Shown here in pieces: positions 1 to 13,835 of a stretch of DNA of 64,000 nt. Numbering within the stretch: position 1 is the stretch's first letter; the number at the start of each line of letters is the position of its first letter. Source of the DNA: Marsupella aquatica (lineage: Eukaryota; Plantae; Marchantiophyta); NCBI GenBank assembly GCA_973895155.1, contig OZ316893.1, positions 7,464,963 to 7,528,962 of the forward strand, written 5' to 3'. Below the pieces are notes generated by a model, which was not told the DNA's origin, made no database searches, and saw only the letters and a program-made list of their open reading frames with translations. A program made the translations under genes and the position numbers.

Positions 1-2873
1 CATCTCCTTCCCCCTCTCCCAGTAGGTTTGGGGAGGGTTGGAGTGTATGGGGGGGTAGGTGAGCCGAATGGAATACAAATATAGTGCTGACAAAAACGAT
101 GATCATATATTCTGGAATATTACTTTAAGTGCGCACTCTATCATTTGGTTCTTGCCTTATGTATCTTGTTGCCAGTTGCTAATGATATTTATATTACACA
201 TGCAACTACTCTAGTATGGACCTAGCAGCATTAATTGGGGTTCCTACCTTTGGGATCGTGTATCCTTGATAGTTTTTCTGTTCTTTCACAGGTTTGTATA
301 TCTCGAGACTCAAGAGTGTGCATTATAAATATTATTTTGGGTTGTAGCTCTTTGTAAGAGTTGTTTACAAAATGTGGTGGTCCATCCAGGCATTTTTTTC
401 ATTTAATTTGGAGAATGTTTTGAGGAAAGCAAAGCCTGGATGTACCAAGGGGTTTGCTGGATTTCCAAAGCTGAGATGGACTGACTCAGAGCATCAAAAT
501 ATGCTCAGATAGCGCTCTTTACAATTTTCACTCATATTTGACCTATAAACAGACTCCTAACCACTTGCAGCTGATTTCTATTAATATCCGTGGTGGTAGT
601 TTGCAGCTCACACAAACTACCCAGGGCATCCTTCATAGAATTGCAGCATCCTTTCCCAACATGGTAAGTTGGTACTTGTGCCCAAGGGCCCAGAATTTTA
701 ATAGACCCAATCAGTTGCTCATTGTCCTGCCACGGATTTACTGATGGCCCCAGCGTCGGCAGATCCCCCATCACCAGGTGCTTCTCTCGCAAGTGAAGCA
801 TGAGAAGGCCTACTAAGGGTATTCTTCACAAAAGTGAAACATTTGTTCACTTGGCAATTAGTTAATATTTGATAATCTTTGTACTCATTGGCAATGGAGC
901 AAATGGTATCAAAAATAAATAAAATGTTGTCAGATAATAGATTAAATATTATGCCGGAACTCTACTAGACTTTTGAGTTCTCCGCTCGGTAGGGTGTTAG
1001 CCTTCACAGCTCTTTTATAGGTTACATGTCTGTCGGCTTTTGGGTTAAGGACCCCTTGGCTTGTTTTTTCTTGGGGCCCTTTCCCCTCTTTTCCTTCCCT
1101 TCTTTGGGTTCCTTTGCCTTTGGGATCTTGTCTCTGGGTTTGGCGTGTTGTGCCCTTGGGCACTGTGATATACATCAGAGAACATGTTAGAAAATTTTGA
1201 GCTGAAACAAAGATTCAAGAATTGTTTAAATAAATACACAAGTTTGTTAAAAAACTAGTATTTCACAGTTGTCAAACCACCTGGAAAAACCTTTTGGAGT
1301 GTCCTTCTCAAACTGAAACCTCCTTCCAAAGTTAGCCCGGCTATGTGGAATTTGGGTGTAAAGTGAAACAGTGTCACACTACATGGGGATAGGCAAAACA
1401 AATTCCTCCTTCCACCCGGGATTCACTTTCATGTTTTGCGTGACGTATTTTTATAGAAAAAAAAATGCCCCGCACTTCCCTGAGGACCCTTTTTGTTTCT
1501 TCCCATCCACAACTCTATCCACCCATAACAAAAGGGTACTCATAGAGACGGGCTTCACAGAGTTTGCGCATGGAAAACGTGCCCCTTTATTATTAGGGCC
1601 TGAGAATGTTGTTCAGGTCAGAAATGTGTGGACGCAAAAGTTTAGTTCACCACACTTTTCTTCGTCATCTCATGGGAGATTCTCATTCCGGCTGTCCTTA
1701 AGCGACACCTGTAAAATTCAGATTTCAGGGCCAAGTGTCACATTCTCCCTGCCAGTGGATACATGGACAACATTAATTTAAAAGATTCACTTCGGAATTA
1801 TTTTAATAGACAAACTGTTACAATCATATCCTAGTTTCTTGGAACTGTCCGCCGTCAAAAATGAACCGCCACGATCAACCGACTCTCAGTGTACCGCGAT
1901 TGGCTGCAGCAGGCACGGGATCTCCGCCACACAAATTTTATACTATGGGAGTCAAATCAATACCTTTCTTACCTGTGTGAGTAACATGTACTACTTGAGT
2001 ACGCTTCCACTGCCGACAGTAGTAAGTAAAGAATAAGAATGTACACGATGCCATGATCGTATAATCGTGGCGGCAGAATTTCTCAGTCCACGACTCCACG
2101 AGGACTATGGTGATTTATAAGATTTTAAAAATGGTGCCTGCACGCAATGGGAGACCATAGCTACTGTAGCATCCAGATTCAAAAGCACAGTAGTCGTCCC
2201 AATCAAATCATTCATCCACTCAATGTGTCATTCATCCACTCAATGTGAGATTGAATTAGATATTTATTTGAACAACTTTTAATTATGTTGTTACTAAAAA
2301 TATTCAAATTGATAATATTTTCATGATTTTTTTTAATTTATAAATATGTCATAGTTTTATATAAAGAGTACAAGTTCAACAAAATAACTAAAGTGTGAAT
2401 ATAAAGAAACTGTGATATATTTGTTGATAACTAAAATGTGAATATATGAAAATTGTGGTATATTTGTAAATACAATCAAACTAAAACTACTGATAGTAGT
2501 CTAAATAATATGTTTAGTGGCAATGCAGTTAAAAGATGTTTATTCGAAACAGATAATGGGGTGAATGGTCTCGAAATGGCTGGAGACTTTAGCTACAGTA
2601 GCATGCATCAATGTCTTCATTCCATTTCTCTTGAACATGCACCATACTGTCATCTGCTTCTTTAGAGCCTGGCCGGAATCTGGTCTTCGTTTTCAAATTG
2701 GAAAACCTTGTATAGGAAAAACTGTTGGGACAGAATTCAGGCAGAGAGAAAATGCATCCGACAACCTACAAGTGACATTGTCCATTGTACTTGAGTTATG
2801 GGAGTGCCTTATTTTGTTGACACCAAGCTTTGAGACGCCCTGTTGGAGGCAATCCAATATGAGTTCGGATCCG

Positions 2874-4640
2874 CATGTCCATATCCAATTCGGGACCTCT
2901 TACCCGGAGTGTCTTTGAATATAGACTAGACGTCAAGCCACATCTCCTGGCTCACCATCCATGCTCACTCCAACAGGTGCTGTGGTCCTTCCATTTCTAA
3001 CCGAGAATGGCATGTCCATATCCAATTCTGGACCTCTTACCCTGAGTATCTCTGAAAATAGACTAGACATCAAGCCAGATACTCATGGCTTGCCATCCAT
3101 GCAAACTCAGACAGATGCTGTGTTCTGTTCTTTTCCAACCGAAAATGGCCACTGGATGTGTGGATTTCTGATTTTAGCATGTACTGTGGAGATCTTGGTT
3201 CATTTAATTGGCGTACCGACATTATAGTCGTCCTCCGTTTGGGGCGAGATTAACAGTAGTAGTTTGGAAGATTAGATTTAGATACATTGGACTGGATGCT
3301 CATTTCTCAAAAAGAATCTCCTGTGGTCCACCCAATTGCCTTCTGCTACTGTACGATGCTTTTCCCAAAGAACTTTGGAGGTCTAGATTCCTCGGCTTTT
3401 TTTATATGCACGTGTGTGCTGGAGTCGGGCTCCATGCTCTCTTATGGCTAAGCTTTCTTCACGCTCGCAGCTGCAGTCGCCCTCTTCGGTCCGTCCTTCC
3501 TCACAATCGCCCTCTCAGCTTCCTCTTCTCAAACACTCGATTGTTGAAGTGACCGCAGCATCTGTCATGAATTTTCCAACATTGTCTTCGACCTTCTTTT
3601 TACCCAATTCGATTTATGTGGCGATGACCTATCAGCCATCTCTGCGTTTAGGAATGCACCATGATGGAACTTTCAAACTCTCCGAGACAGTAATTTCCTC
3701 AAACATTCTCCTTAGATATTGGAATTCATTCAATTGAGTGTATGTGGGTAATTTCCCATTTCTCACGTCGCTAACCTCAACGAATAGATTGGCTATAAAC
3801 TGACTTTAATAGGGTCCATCTCTTCCTGGATGGACAGTTTTACTGCTCTGTGTTGTCGAGATTTATTTGTTCTGCTTGAATTTGATCGCTGTATCCCTGT
3901 TTTACACCTGTTATTTAGTAACATCTACATGCAATGTAGGTTTATAGTCTCTATTGGAAAATGCAAGGCCAAAGAACATACCCAATTATTGCTACTAGGG
4001 CAGCAGGACGACTCGGGGGTAAAGCTGTCGGGTACATTCAGAGTGCCCGAGGTCAACCAGATGATGTCCTGAAGATTTCTCAAGTTGACAAGGTGTTCAA
4101 AAGTCTTAACTAGCTAGCACTCGCTATAGCTATGTGCGGATGCTCTAGAATGGTTTGAACTTTCACTGTCATTTGAACTTTCACTGGCACTCGACAATCA
4201 AAGGTCGTGATTTGCGCCCTGGGATTTAGAGACTTTTGGACAAGGCAGGAGTTAACTTTATTGGTGAACGGAAGTTCATCAGAGGGTGACCAAAAGGGGG
4301 GCGGCCTACCTAGAAATATAATGACACTCCCTTGAGATGTAAGTACATAAAGACTTGCAAGAGACGATGGCCCAGTGGGAGGCAATCTGACATGAGATCC
4401 GGGCGGCATGTCCACATCCAATTCTGGATGTTGTACCCGGAGTGTCTTGAATATAGACATCGAGCCAGATCTCCTGGTTCACAATCCATACAAACTCAGA
4501 CAGGTGCTGTGGTCTGTTCATTTCCAACCTATAATGGCATGTCCATATCCAACTCTGGACTTCTTACCCGGAGTGTCTTGAATATAGACATCAGGCCAGA
4601 TCCTCCTTGCTCACAATCCATGCAAACTCAGACTCCGAAA
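2874..4640. repeat. Dispersed ~130-bp repeat, four copies in two tandem pairs (~2874, ~3011, ~4407, ~4539)
   Basis: Recurrent CATGTCCAYATCCAAYTCKGGA...TACCCKGAGTRTCT...AATATAGAC...CCAGAT...CCATNCAAACTCAGAC; minus strand repeatedly reads (F)KTLRVxxPELDxDMP. Confidence 0.75.
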
Positions 4641-5649
4641 ATGGCCACTGCCCCACATGATATGTGGATTTCTGGATTTAGTATGTATTTTGGAGATCTT
4701 AGTCTACTCACAGAAGAGCCGTTTGCGTGGCAGAATGACATGCTGCTCTAAGAATTGCGTGGGAGAATGTCATTTTTGGGATGGTTGTTGTCGAGACAGC
4801 TACTTACAATAGTTTGCGCAAAGGATGGAGAATTAATTTAGGATTGCCAAATATTATGAATAAGCGGGAAAGACACTTCCTAACCAATACTTGTCTGTTA
4901 CAAACGTAGGTAAGTTCTGGTTGTGAGGTCAGCAAACATTGGTTCCAAATATAAATACCTTGGGAGGTCGTTCTTTTGATATCAAACTCAAATGTGCACC
5001 TGTTCAGTGCCCGCACTACATGAGATATATAGTTTAGAATGTGAATTGATTCGGATCCACTCACATCGATGCAGATGTATTTTAATGATCTACAGTGGTT
5101 GCAAGTGCCAAGGACGCACTAGCCTTTGGAAGTGGTTCCCACTTCAAGTTCTCAGAAACATTGGAGGGGCCAGTAGCGGATACAAAGGTATGGATAGCTT
5201 TGGCTTTGTAATTCTTTGAACAGTGCTAAATAACCACGACCCCTTTGCTTTGTTTATTACAGCCTGCACATTAGCAGTTCTCTTCATAATTCTATTCTGC
5301 TCAACCTTCTACATTGAAAATGTTGTTTTGGAAATGCAGGAGCTGCACAGACACTCATTGCAGTCAAGATATCAAGCACATTCAGTATCAAGATCCAGAA
5401 TTAGGAGCAATTTCATGCTTTTGAGTTCAGTCACTCGCTGCCTTGGTTGACATGCAATGCCTGCTCAACATGGAAGAAACTTAATCTGAGATTTTGACGA
5501 ATATTTGTGGGAGGTTATGCTAGAATTTCGCTGGCGTCTCATGACAGAAAAACACGAGAATCCCCAGAATAGTAGGTGCAAAGAGCCGAGAATTCGTAAG
5601 GTAGACAGCAGTCCTGACCACCTGCTGTCCCCTTCATCCCAGTGCCACA

Positions 5650-6760
5650 GTTCATCCCAGTGCCATGGTCGAGTAGCCTTATTCAGATCAGGTCCTCTCC
5701 ATCGTTCTTTGACGGTCTTTTGAAATACTCAATATCAGAACTCCCCAAATGCTCATTTAGAACCCTAAGAGAGGACAAATCGACAATGCCAATTGGTTCA
5801 ATGTCCAAGACTAAATTGATCCCCTGATTCCTTGGATGCCATCAAACCGAAACTATGGGACTATTTTATTGTGGATTCCTGTCACTATTGTTTTCACCAA
5901 GTGCGACAGGACGAAGAAAAGGAAAAATGGTGGGAAGCCGCCTCTGGCGAAAATGTTGCAGAGTTTGAGAAACAACTTCAGGAGTCATATGCTCAGACAC
6001 ACCCCTGGGTCATGACTAGTTCTACAACCGGGCAAGGCAACGACGACCTTTGAAGCACATTGCCAGACTAATACATTACGGGGACAATTAATTGACTTCC
6101 AAGGCGTAGAATACAACCTGCAAAAGGCGACAGTAATGTTAATGTCAACTTGTAAGTGCATGCCCCTTTCCTTGCGGAAGGGTTATATGTAAAATGTTTC
6201 AAAAGGCAGGCTCGGGTGAACAATATCCAGTATTAGTGGTTAAATCCCCTCTTGTTGGGCATTTCCACACGTGCAATTGAGGTGATGAGTTCAGCCTACA
6301 GTAATAAGTAGGTAGCAAAACTCAGTGACATTCACAAATATCCAGAACAACCGGCGGCTCTTTTCACGTTATTAGCACTTGCAGATCGTCGAAAGTAGGC
6401 CTTTGTGAAATCATTCCACTGTCTTTACCGCCACTGGGGCTTTGGAATACCTGGGTAGACATTATTGGCACAGTCCGACGGAACGAAACCTCGTCTAAGA
6501 GCTAGTAAATATTTTTCAGAAGTCACAAAATATGAAACCCAGATCATCGAATGAGTGAGCAATTCCAGCCAGACATCGACAGGTATGAGCTTTTGATCGG
6601 TAGAGGATCCAAATATACTTTTCAATCACCCTCTTACAGACCAGACTCCCCTTCGCACCTTTCCCAAGCTCTGTTCACCGAAGATTTGAGGGACCAATAG
6701 CAGCACAGTAGGAGAAAGTCACCCGATAAAGATACTTTCATAAAACGCCGTCCCCGAATG
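5650..6760 (-). pseudogene. Possible highly decayed receptor-like kinase remnant
   Basis: Manual minus-strand reading gives, in order, FSY...ELGKGAKGS (6640-6720), APVAVKTVE (~6415-6440), PRNVLV (~6065-6085) and TIK*SHSFGLM (~5840-5875), resembling kinase subdomains I, II, VIb and IX; many stops. Confidence 0.3.
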
Positions 6761-7083
6761 TATCTCCACTGAGAGATGATAAAACTCTCATCTAAACTGA
6801 TGATTCTACATCTAGAATTACTCCTCGTCAAGGTTCGAAAGCATCACCCATAGCCAGGCAACTCCACCAGGTAACAGCTCGTACTTATGCGAAAATAGTT
6901 GATTAGTCGCGTTCTTCCTGCACAAACCAATTCACAAATCTTCAGCCGTCAACAGAAATCAGTGAGCATCCACTTTCCATCAAAGCATCTCATGAAATTA
7001 CGGCACTGAATCTACATCTGCAATCACGATACGAACACACTCCCCTACACAACCACTATCAAAGACTCATCCAACATTCGATA

Positions 7084-8371
7084 TCACGAGTGAGCACTAG
7101 ACTCTGTACATACCTCAAGTGAGGCGCGAGGGCTCGATTCCCTGCCGAGTTTCATAATGTATAACACACAAGAAAAGAGAGTTGAAATTTGTGCACGGTC
7201 TAATTGTTTGGATTCTGCGCAAGAAAGAAGTATCGGAAGACTGTGCTGGTCGTGGACCTGCTGCCCTGATGTATCCGGAGTTAATCTACTGAATCGCCAT
7301 TTCCACCCGTCACTGAGAATAAAAAAGACAGGGCCTCCGCTACCACCCACACCACGCCCCATTTTTTTTCTGTAGTTGAGCGACACTGCAGCTTGAGCGA
7401 GGACTTGTTTACTGGCATCGTCATAAGTACGCCCCGTTTTTACCTCAACGGAGGAAAAGAGCGGCATCTGGAGAAATCATGTTATCGGTCCTGGAATATC
7501 CAACTACAAAATCGGCCGCTCCAGAATACTTAACAAGAAGAACTGACTTCTCAGTAGGTCTATCCTGGATATAGGAGAGAGGAGTCTCTTCGTCGATACA
7601 CTGGGAACTTGTTTCATCTGCACTGATGTCAATAGCATAATGCAGAATAGTCGAAACCATGTAACGTCTGGAACTCTCTAGGCGGAGAGTATTATTGCGA
7701 ACAAAAACTTCCAGAGTTTTCAACATCGCTCCAGGAGCTAATTTCAATTTAGCTTCTTTGCTTATTTCCCAACAGACTTTGTCTTCGACAAGGTGGAAAT
7801 CTTTTCGCAATTGAAAAGGATCCATCGAGGAATCAGAGAAACGAATTTCAAAATCGACAGTGGACTTTCGTCTCAATTTCCATTCATGTACTTTTGCTGT
7901 TGTAAATCTATTTATACTCAATCCATCAGTACCTTCAATGATGGGCAAAATGTCAGCACCTTCCTTATAATAGACGACCTGAACATCGCCAAAATCATGC
8001 ATCCTCAAGAGAGAAGGCATATGTACGCGCTCGCCAAAAAGTGCAATATTCTTTGTCATGAAGGGCTTATTTTCCTTCCATTCGAAAAACTTAACTCTCG
8101 TTGTGCTCTTGGCCAAGGGTTCACTCTTGTACACTTCTATTTCTCTCAACGCTTCCATGAGCGCTTTCTCCTTGGTGGCAAGCGCTTTGTCCTTGGTGGT
8201 AAGTTGTTTCATCAACTTTTCAATCTGCTCTGCATGCGTCGGTGCGGTTTCTTCAAGCGGTCTAGAACTGCTGGTTGTGGCACTAGATTGCCGTCGACCG
8301 CTTCCTCTCTTATTATTGCGGGCCATCTCTGCTCTCAAACTCTGTGAGGCCAATCGGAGAGTGGGGCGCAA
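7084..8371 (-). pseudogene. Intronless Crinkler/HsdR_N-like PD-(D/E)xK nuclease-domain protein with N-terminal coiled coil; one frameshift near 7450
   Basis: ORF 7445..8371 ends YSGAADFVVG; overlapping ORF 7084..7467 continues VEVK...QVLAQ...FFILSDGWKWRF, giving the D...ExK, Q..xQ and (T/S)DG.xW.F pattern of CR-REase/HsdR_N-type domains. Confidence 0.6.
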
Positions 8372-8479
8372 TGTTCGGCGACGGTGCTCCCTGCTTTGAC
8401 TAATTGAGAGCGGAGAGTAGTGAGTCGAGATACGAGAGACTAGTCTGAGTTAGAAGCTTTGAGCACTCGACCCTGCTTT

Positions 8480-8725
8480 TGAAACCCCGTATTTCGGCCT
8501 CCAACGCATTTCGATCCATGCCGTGCATCAGTTCGACGACCTTGAAACCACGTATTCGGGCGACGTAAATTTCAAACTTGAACACCGGCCTCCAACGCAT
8601 TTCGATCCATGCCTTGCATCAGTTTGACGACCTTGAAACCCCGTATTCGGGCGACGTAAATTTCAAACTTGGACATCGGCCTCCAACGCATTTCCATCCA
8701 TGCCGTGCATCAGTTTCACGACCCT
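8480..8725. repeat. ~92-bp tandem repeat (~2.6 copies) upstream of the nuclease-like gene
   Basis: GGCCTCCAACGCATTTCGATCCATGCC...CATCAGTT recurs at ~8496, ~8587 and ~8678. Confidence 0.85.
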
Positions 8726-8799
8726 GAGTCCACTGCAGATCGTGTAGTCGTCCGGTCGTGCCAAATGTGATCCGCACCGTTTAGATTCGTCCTTAATAT

Positions 8800-9114
8800 T
8801 AGGGCGTCTCAACCCTGCGCGTTCTAGGACTCCTTCCGGTCACCCGGATGTCTCTAATCGCCGCCCGATATTGAACACCGGTACCCAAAATCGGGTCCCA
8901 AAAAACTGGGGGTCTGAACTTTACCTCGCACCTCAAAGGAGTCCCGGCACGGGTTAGACCTGGGTTTTTCCAAAGAAAAATTGTAATAAAAAAAACCCGG
9001 GAAAAACTTTACGGTCACCAAATCAGTGGGCCGACCACCTGATCCGGGCGGCCCGCGACTGTGAAATCCCGGGTGCCATTCGGAATTCCAAATGCTTAAG
9101 TTTGAGACGCCCTA
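8800..9114. mobile_element. ~315-bp TIR element (hAT-like MITE)
   Basis: 13-bp TIR TAGGGCGTCTCAA ... TTGAGACGCCCTA; TSD only partial (TTAATAT/TTAATGA). Confidence 0.6.
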
Positions 9115-9634
9115 TTAATGAGGGGCTCGGCCCTTCCCCATAATGGCCGGGCATAATGGAGTGCCGGCCTACGTGTATCGCCAGCCCACATCCACATAAT
9201 CATGCTCTACCCTACACCCTATTATGGAAAGTTAGCCCATGGTTGAAGGTACTGACGGGTTGAGTACTAGCGTGATATCACTTTCCTTGAATGCAAGTAG
9301 AGGTGACAAAAACAAACTATTTTGCAAAAACAAATTCCTGGCTCTGTTAATCCTTCCCATCTCTGTTTTTGTTTGCACCCTCACTTTAAGGTACGCCATG
9401 AGTTAATGTCTACAGTATAGGCTCTAAAAGTAAATTTCCGTTGCAAATCACTAGTAAGATATTTAGAGTCTTGTCTTGCTCCTTAATAATGGAGAATTTG
9501 AGTGACAGTATCTTGATCCATAATACTTTGTAAACCTGTCTTACATGTACTGGGTCCAAGTAAATATTGATGTGGTATTTTAGTCTAGAATTTTAGACTA
9601 CCTCCAAAGGTGGTCCAAACATATCCAAAATTTG

Positions 9635-9925
9635 CACTACAAAGAAAGAGACAATATACACCAGAAGGTGTTTGAGACGCCATATTTATAACACCACTAA
9701 TCCTGATGTTATGGGACGTGTTCCTTAGGAATAAAGTAAATTAGCAACTGACTGGCAGCATTTTTTATGACAAGTAAGGGGACATGTAGAGGCCTGTTGT
9801 TGGGACATATTCCTGTAGTTTTGTTGAGACATTATTGCATCTTTGGGAGCAGTGGTGTAGGGACATATTTGCCATGGTCCTTCTAGACGTTGCATCTATG
9901 GGAGAGATGTTGTAGGGACATATTC
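9635..9925 (+). mobile_element. Probable CACTA left terminus, interrupted at ~9926
   Basis: CACTACAAAGAAAG at 9635 followed by repeated GGGACAT/GAGAC subterminal motifs. Confidence 0.5.
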
Positions 9926-12111
9926 ATCAGCCTATTCATTAAAAGTGTATTATTATTTGATTTATGTACATTTGGGCAATGAAAAATGTACTTTTGGGCT
10001 TGGAAAAGTGTACATTTGGGGATAGAAAAGTGTACAATTGGCCTAAAGAGTGTACATTTGGGCAATGAAAAGTGTATATTTGAACATCAAGATAGGTATA
10101 TTTGGCTTTAAAAGTGTACATTTGAGTACATTTGGCCTAGAAAGTGTACATTTGAGTGAAAGAAACATACATTTGGCTTTAAAAGTGTACATTTGAGTAT
10201 ATTTGGTCTAGAAAGTGTAGCTTTGAGTGCAACAAAGTGTACATTTGGCCTAAAAAGTGTATATTTTCCTACCAACTCTTATTATAATTATTTAAAAGAA
10301 AGGAATGAATAGAAAAATATTTTTAATTATGCAAAAAAAGCAAACATTCATATTCATAACGATCAAAAGTTTAGAAAATGAGGAGATAGTATAACTAACA
10401 CTCAATGGCATGGTCTCACATTAAAACTATTAGAATAGTAAATAATTAGTACGGAAGTTACTATGTTTGAATGAGTGTCGACTATTTACATAAAAACTAG
10501 GTAAGTAACTATCTATTTAATTATTATAGCTTCGCAAGTAACAACTAAGTCCACTTGTCCATCCTTTGGAGATAACTTTGGACAGCTTGTAGAACATTTC
10601 GAGGAATCTTCAAACCTCTGCCCGCCATGCTTTCTTCTTTCATGCAAGATTTTAAACCATACATTGCAGAATTTGCATACTGCCAATGTTGAGCGTTCTC
10701 ACCAAGGATCTCGTTCCCATGTCTTAGTGGACATGAAGTAGTTTAGATATTGTGCACTCTCAGTCACATCAAGTTTAGAGTGTTGAGGCCTCCACCATTC
10801 GACTAGAAACATTGGAGCATATTGTTAAGGCAGAGGAGGGTTTGTTGGAGATGTAGTTGGGACTTCATGCTTAGGGTCCACCGAACCCAAAGCTCTCACC
10901 AACCAGAAATGACCTCCACCATTTTTATTCTTCCAGTCATCCTCGGGTCGAAGAAATACAAAGTTCCCTTCACGAATATCCTGTAGGGGAATCCACCGTC
11001 CTTGTTCTCTCTCAGCTCGAGATCCAACAAATGGTGCTGCTTGATCTTCCATCTCTTCCAAGGCCTCATTTTGAAGAGCCGTCATCTCTACATTCTCCTC
11101 ATCTTCACTTGGAGGACCACTTTGTTCCGGTTGGTTGACCTTGTAACCAGTGCCGTGGTTAGTCTTAGGCCAAAATCCGTTTTTCAAGGGAAATTGAGTA
11201 CTTCCTCCCCTTCTAGTGCGAGCCCATTTGTCAACAACTCCACAATTCTCTCCCAATATTTCACAATCTGAGGAAATCTTTCCTTATATGCTATAGATGT
11301 CTCATTGATAGTGCAACTCCTTCTCAAAAAATCAAGGTACTTGTTAAGAAATGGGATAATCTCTTCAGATTTGTTGTGTATCTCTCCAATGGATTTAGCT
11401 AAGGGCTCTCCACTAGGTAAAAGAAGAGAACTTGTTGTCAGATCTGTTGCCCAAATGCACCTTCCTCCAACTGGAGCCCAAGCTTGCTTTACATGGGACT
11501 TATACTGAAATATTGGTACATTATCTCTCATAGAGAAAAGAAATGATATGGGTTTGAGTGACCTTGAATATCTTTAACTTTGAAAGTTTGAAGATATTCT
11601 TTGTAAGATGCAACTTCTTGTATCAATCTGGAAACTGGATGAATGCTCTCACATTCCCAAACCTCTGCCATAGAGCAAGGAGAGTTGCAACTTCCTTGTG
11701 CTGAACTTGATATGATACCTTCGAAAAGAGTGCATCAATATCTTCGTGTGTATGACCAACCATTAGAAAAGACATTTGAACAGTTTCAAATACTCCTCTA
11801 CTCACAAGTTCACTACAAAATGCCATGACAGCCTGGTTTTTGTTATCCTTTGCTGAGTTATCCATTTGCAGTGTTAGGTGCCTTGGCAAGGCCTTGAAAG
11901 ATGGACTGCCTTGTTCCCCATGCATGTCTCCTCCTTGATCCTCACCATGTTGGGTGGAGACCGTCTCCGTCTGACTCTCGGCTGCATCTTCAGAACCAAT
12001 ATACCTATTCATTGGAATACTCTTTGGTTCCAAATATCCCTTAAGAAATGCATCAAAGTCAAGAAGGGCTTGAAAGAAAGGTATGTGTATGAGGTTCCAA
12101 ATAAAGGCCAT
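9926..12111 (-). mobile_element. Sola-like (DUF7869-type DDD transposase) element, copy 1, 3' half; transposase pseudogene ~10590-12111
   Basis: LQMDNSAKDNKN...FLMVGHTHEDIDALF motifs (11623..12150) with frameshifted continuations 11184..11531 and 10825..11256; end ATCAGCCTATTCATTAAAA shared with 18950; ~22-bp TGTACATTTG subterminal repeats at 9960-10265. Confidence 0.75.
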
Positions 12112-13835
12112 AACACAGTGACGGACCAAACGGGAAGTGTGACCACCCAACGAGAAGTGTGTTTTGGATTTTTTTGAAAACGGTAAAAAATCTCATAAAT
12201 TTATCTAAAAAACATGAATTCTAGTAAGAATCCGAAATTGGATCCAACATCGGATTCAAACTCGAGATACTTTCTAACCAAAACTGGCAAATCTCTATAA
12301 TTTATAACTTCCTAACACTTCATCTCTAAAATGAGGGAAAACTCTGAAACGCCTAAAACAATGATTTCCAAGTCCTCTCTCCGAAAGCTCAATCAAGGCG
12401 TCTCAAAACACACCAAAAACAAAAAACGTCGATCGTCAATCCAGTAGTGCAAAACAAAATGGGATACCGCGTATCCCACTTTGCATTCATTCAAAGAAAA
12501 CCAATTGAAAACATCCTAAGTCAACTGTTTGGTGGACACATTTACCAAAAAGGGTAAACCGGGTTTGAATATTTACTAAGCGTAAAATCACCTACCACGA
12601 AACATTTCCTCCAAACCATGGTTGATCCTCACAGTCAGTTAAGTTAACCCAAGTGTATTTTGGGGTCGGAACGCAATTTCAAAGTTAGATCCAAGTATCC
12701 AATATAGTATTTAACCTCCAAATACTCGATCGCCGCGCCACGCGCCTGGAAATTCAGGTTTGAATACCAATAAGGATCCACATATCCCATTTTTTTGAAC
12801 AAGTCCAAAAATAACCCTCTCAAAACCAAGGATGAATACCAAATAGGATCCCATTTGGTATTCGCCTGCCAAAATTTGCCCTTGCCGCACCTTGCACCTT
12901 GATATTGAGGTTTGAATACCAACACGGATCCACGGATCCCATTTGGTATTCACCCGCCAAAATTTGCCCTTGCCACACCTCGCACCTCAATATTAAGGTT
13001 TGAATACTGACACGGATCCATACCGACACAGATCCATGAGTCCCATTTGTCGATTCAACTCCAAAACAATTTTGGATTTTCCTTGCTCAACACAACCCCA
13101 ATCACATCCATTTTTTACTCTTTCAAAATATGTAGGACCAATCAACAGACCTACCTAAAAATGGAGGCAAATACCAAGTGGGTTTGTGGATCCCACCTCA
13201 GATTCAAAGTCCAGGATTGGCCCTCGGTCACAAGTCACTCATCCATTTTCACATTTGAATACCAAATTGGATCTCATCTGGTCTTTGTTAAATTCTTATC
13301 ACTCTTTGTAAAGTTCTTGATTTGTAAAATAATATGTTCTTATACCAAATGGGATAAAACAACATGTTCTTATACCAAATGTGTGATCCATGGATCCCAC
13401 TTGGTATTCATACAAGGTTTTATGACTTTTTACTTTCTAGATTTGTGAAATAACATGTTTGAATACTACATGGGATACTTGGTATCCCACTTGGTATTCC
13501 TCTTGAAGTTTTGATCATTTGTGATCTTTTTAGAAATGCAATCTGATTTTTTTGCGAGATTTTGCCTGATCTCAGATTTTTTCTTTTTCTATTTTTGTAG
13601 CGCCGAGTAAAGCGGCTGAAGAGTCTCAAGCTCTTCTTTCTAACGGTATCAATTATAAAGAATTTGGATAAATACCGATAAAGATATGGCTTCCAAAGCA
13701 TGATAGGGTACAAACTTAAGTTTTTGTAATTTTGTAATTTCACCCCACAACTTAATCTGATCATATCTTAGTCAATCTTTCATCGTTTTCATATCAATTC
13801 TTGTCACAACTAGTGATGAAGATGTTAAGTATGAA

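Noticed and set aside
1-2700. Short ORFs and an inverted CCGCCACGAT/ATCGTGGCGG pair (~1866/~2064)
   Set aside because: No recognisable domains, TSD or defined termini
9883-10121. Short ORFs here and at 12644-13764, 18001-19146 and 60227-61088
   Set aside because: They are translations of tandem or palindromic repeats with no domain signal
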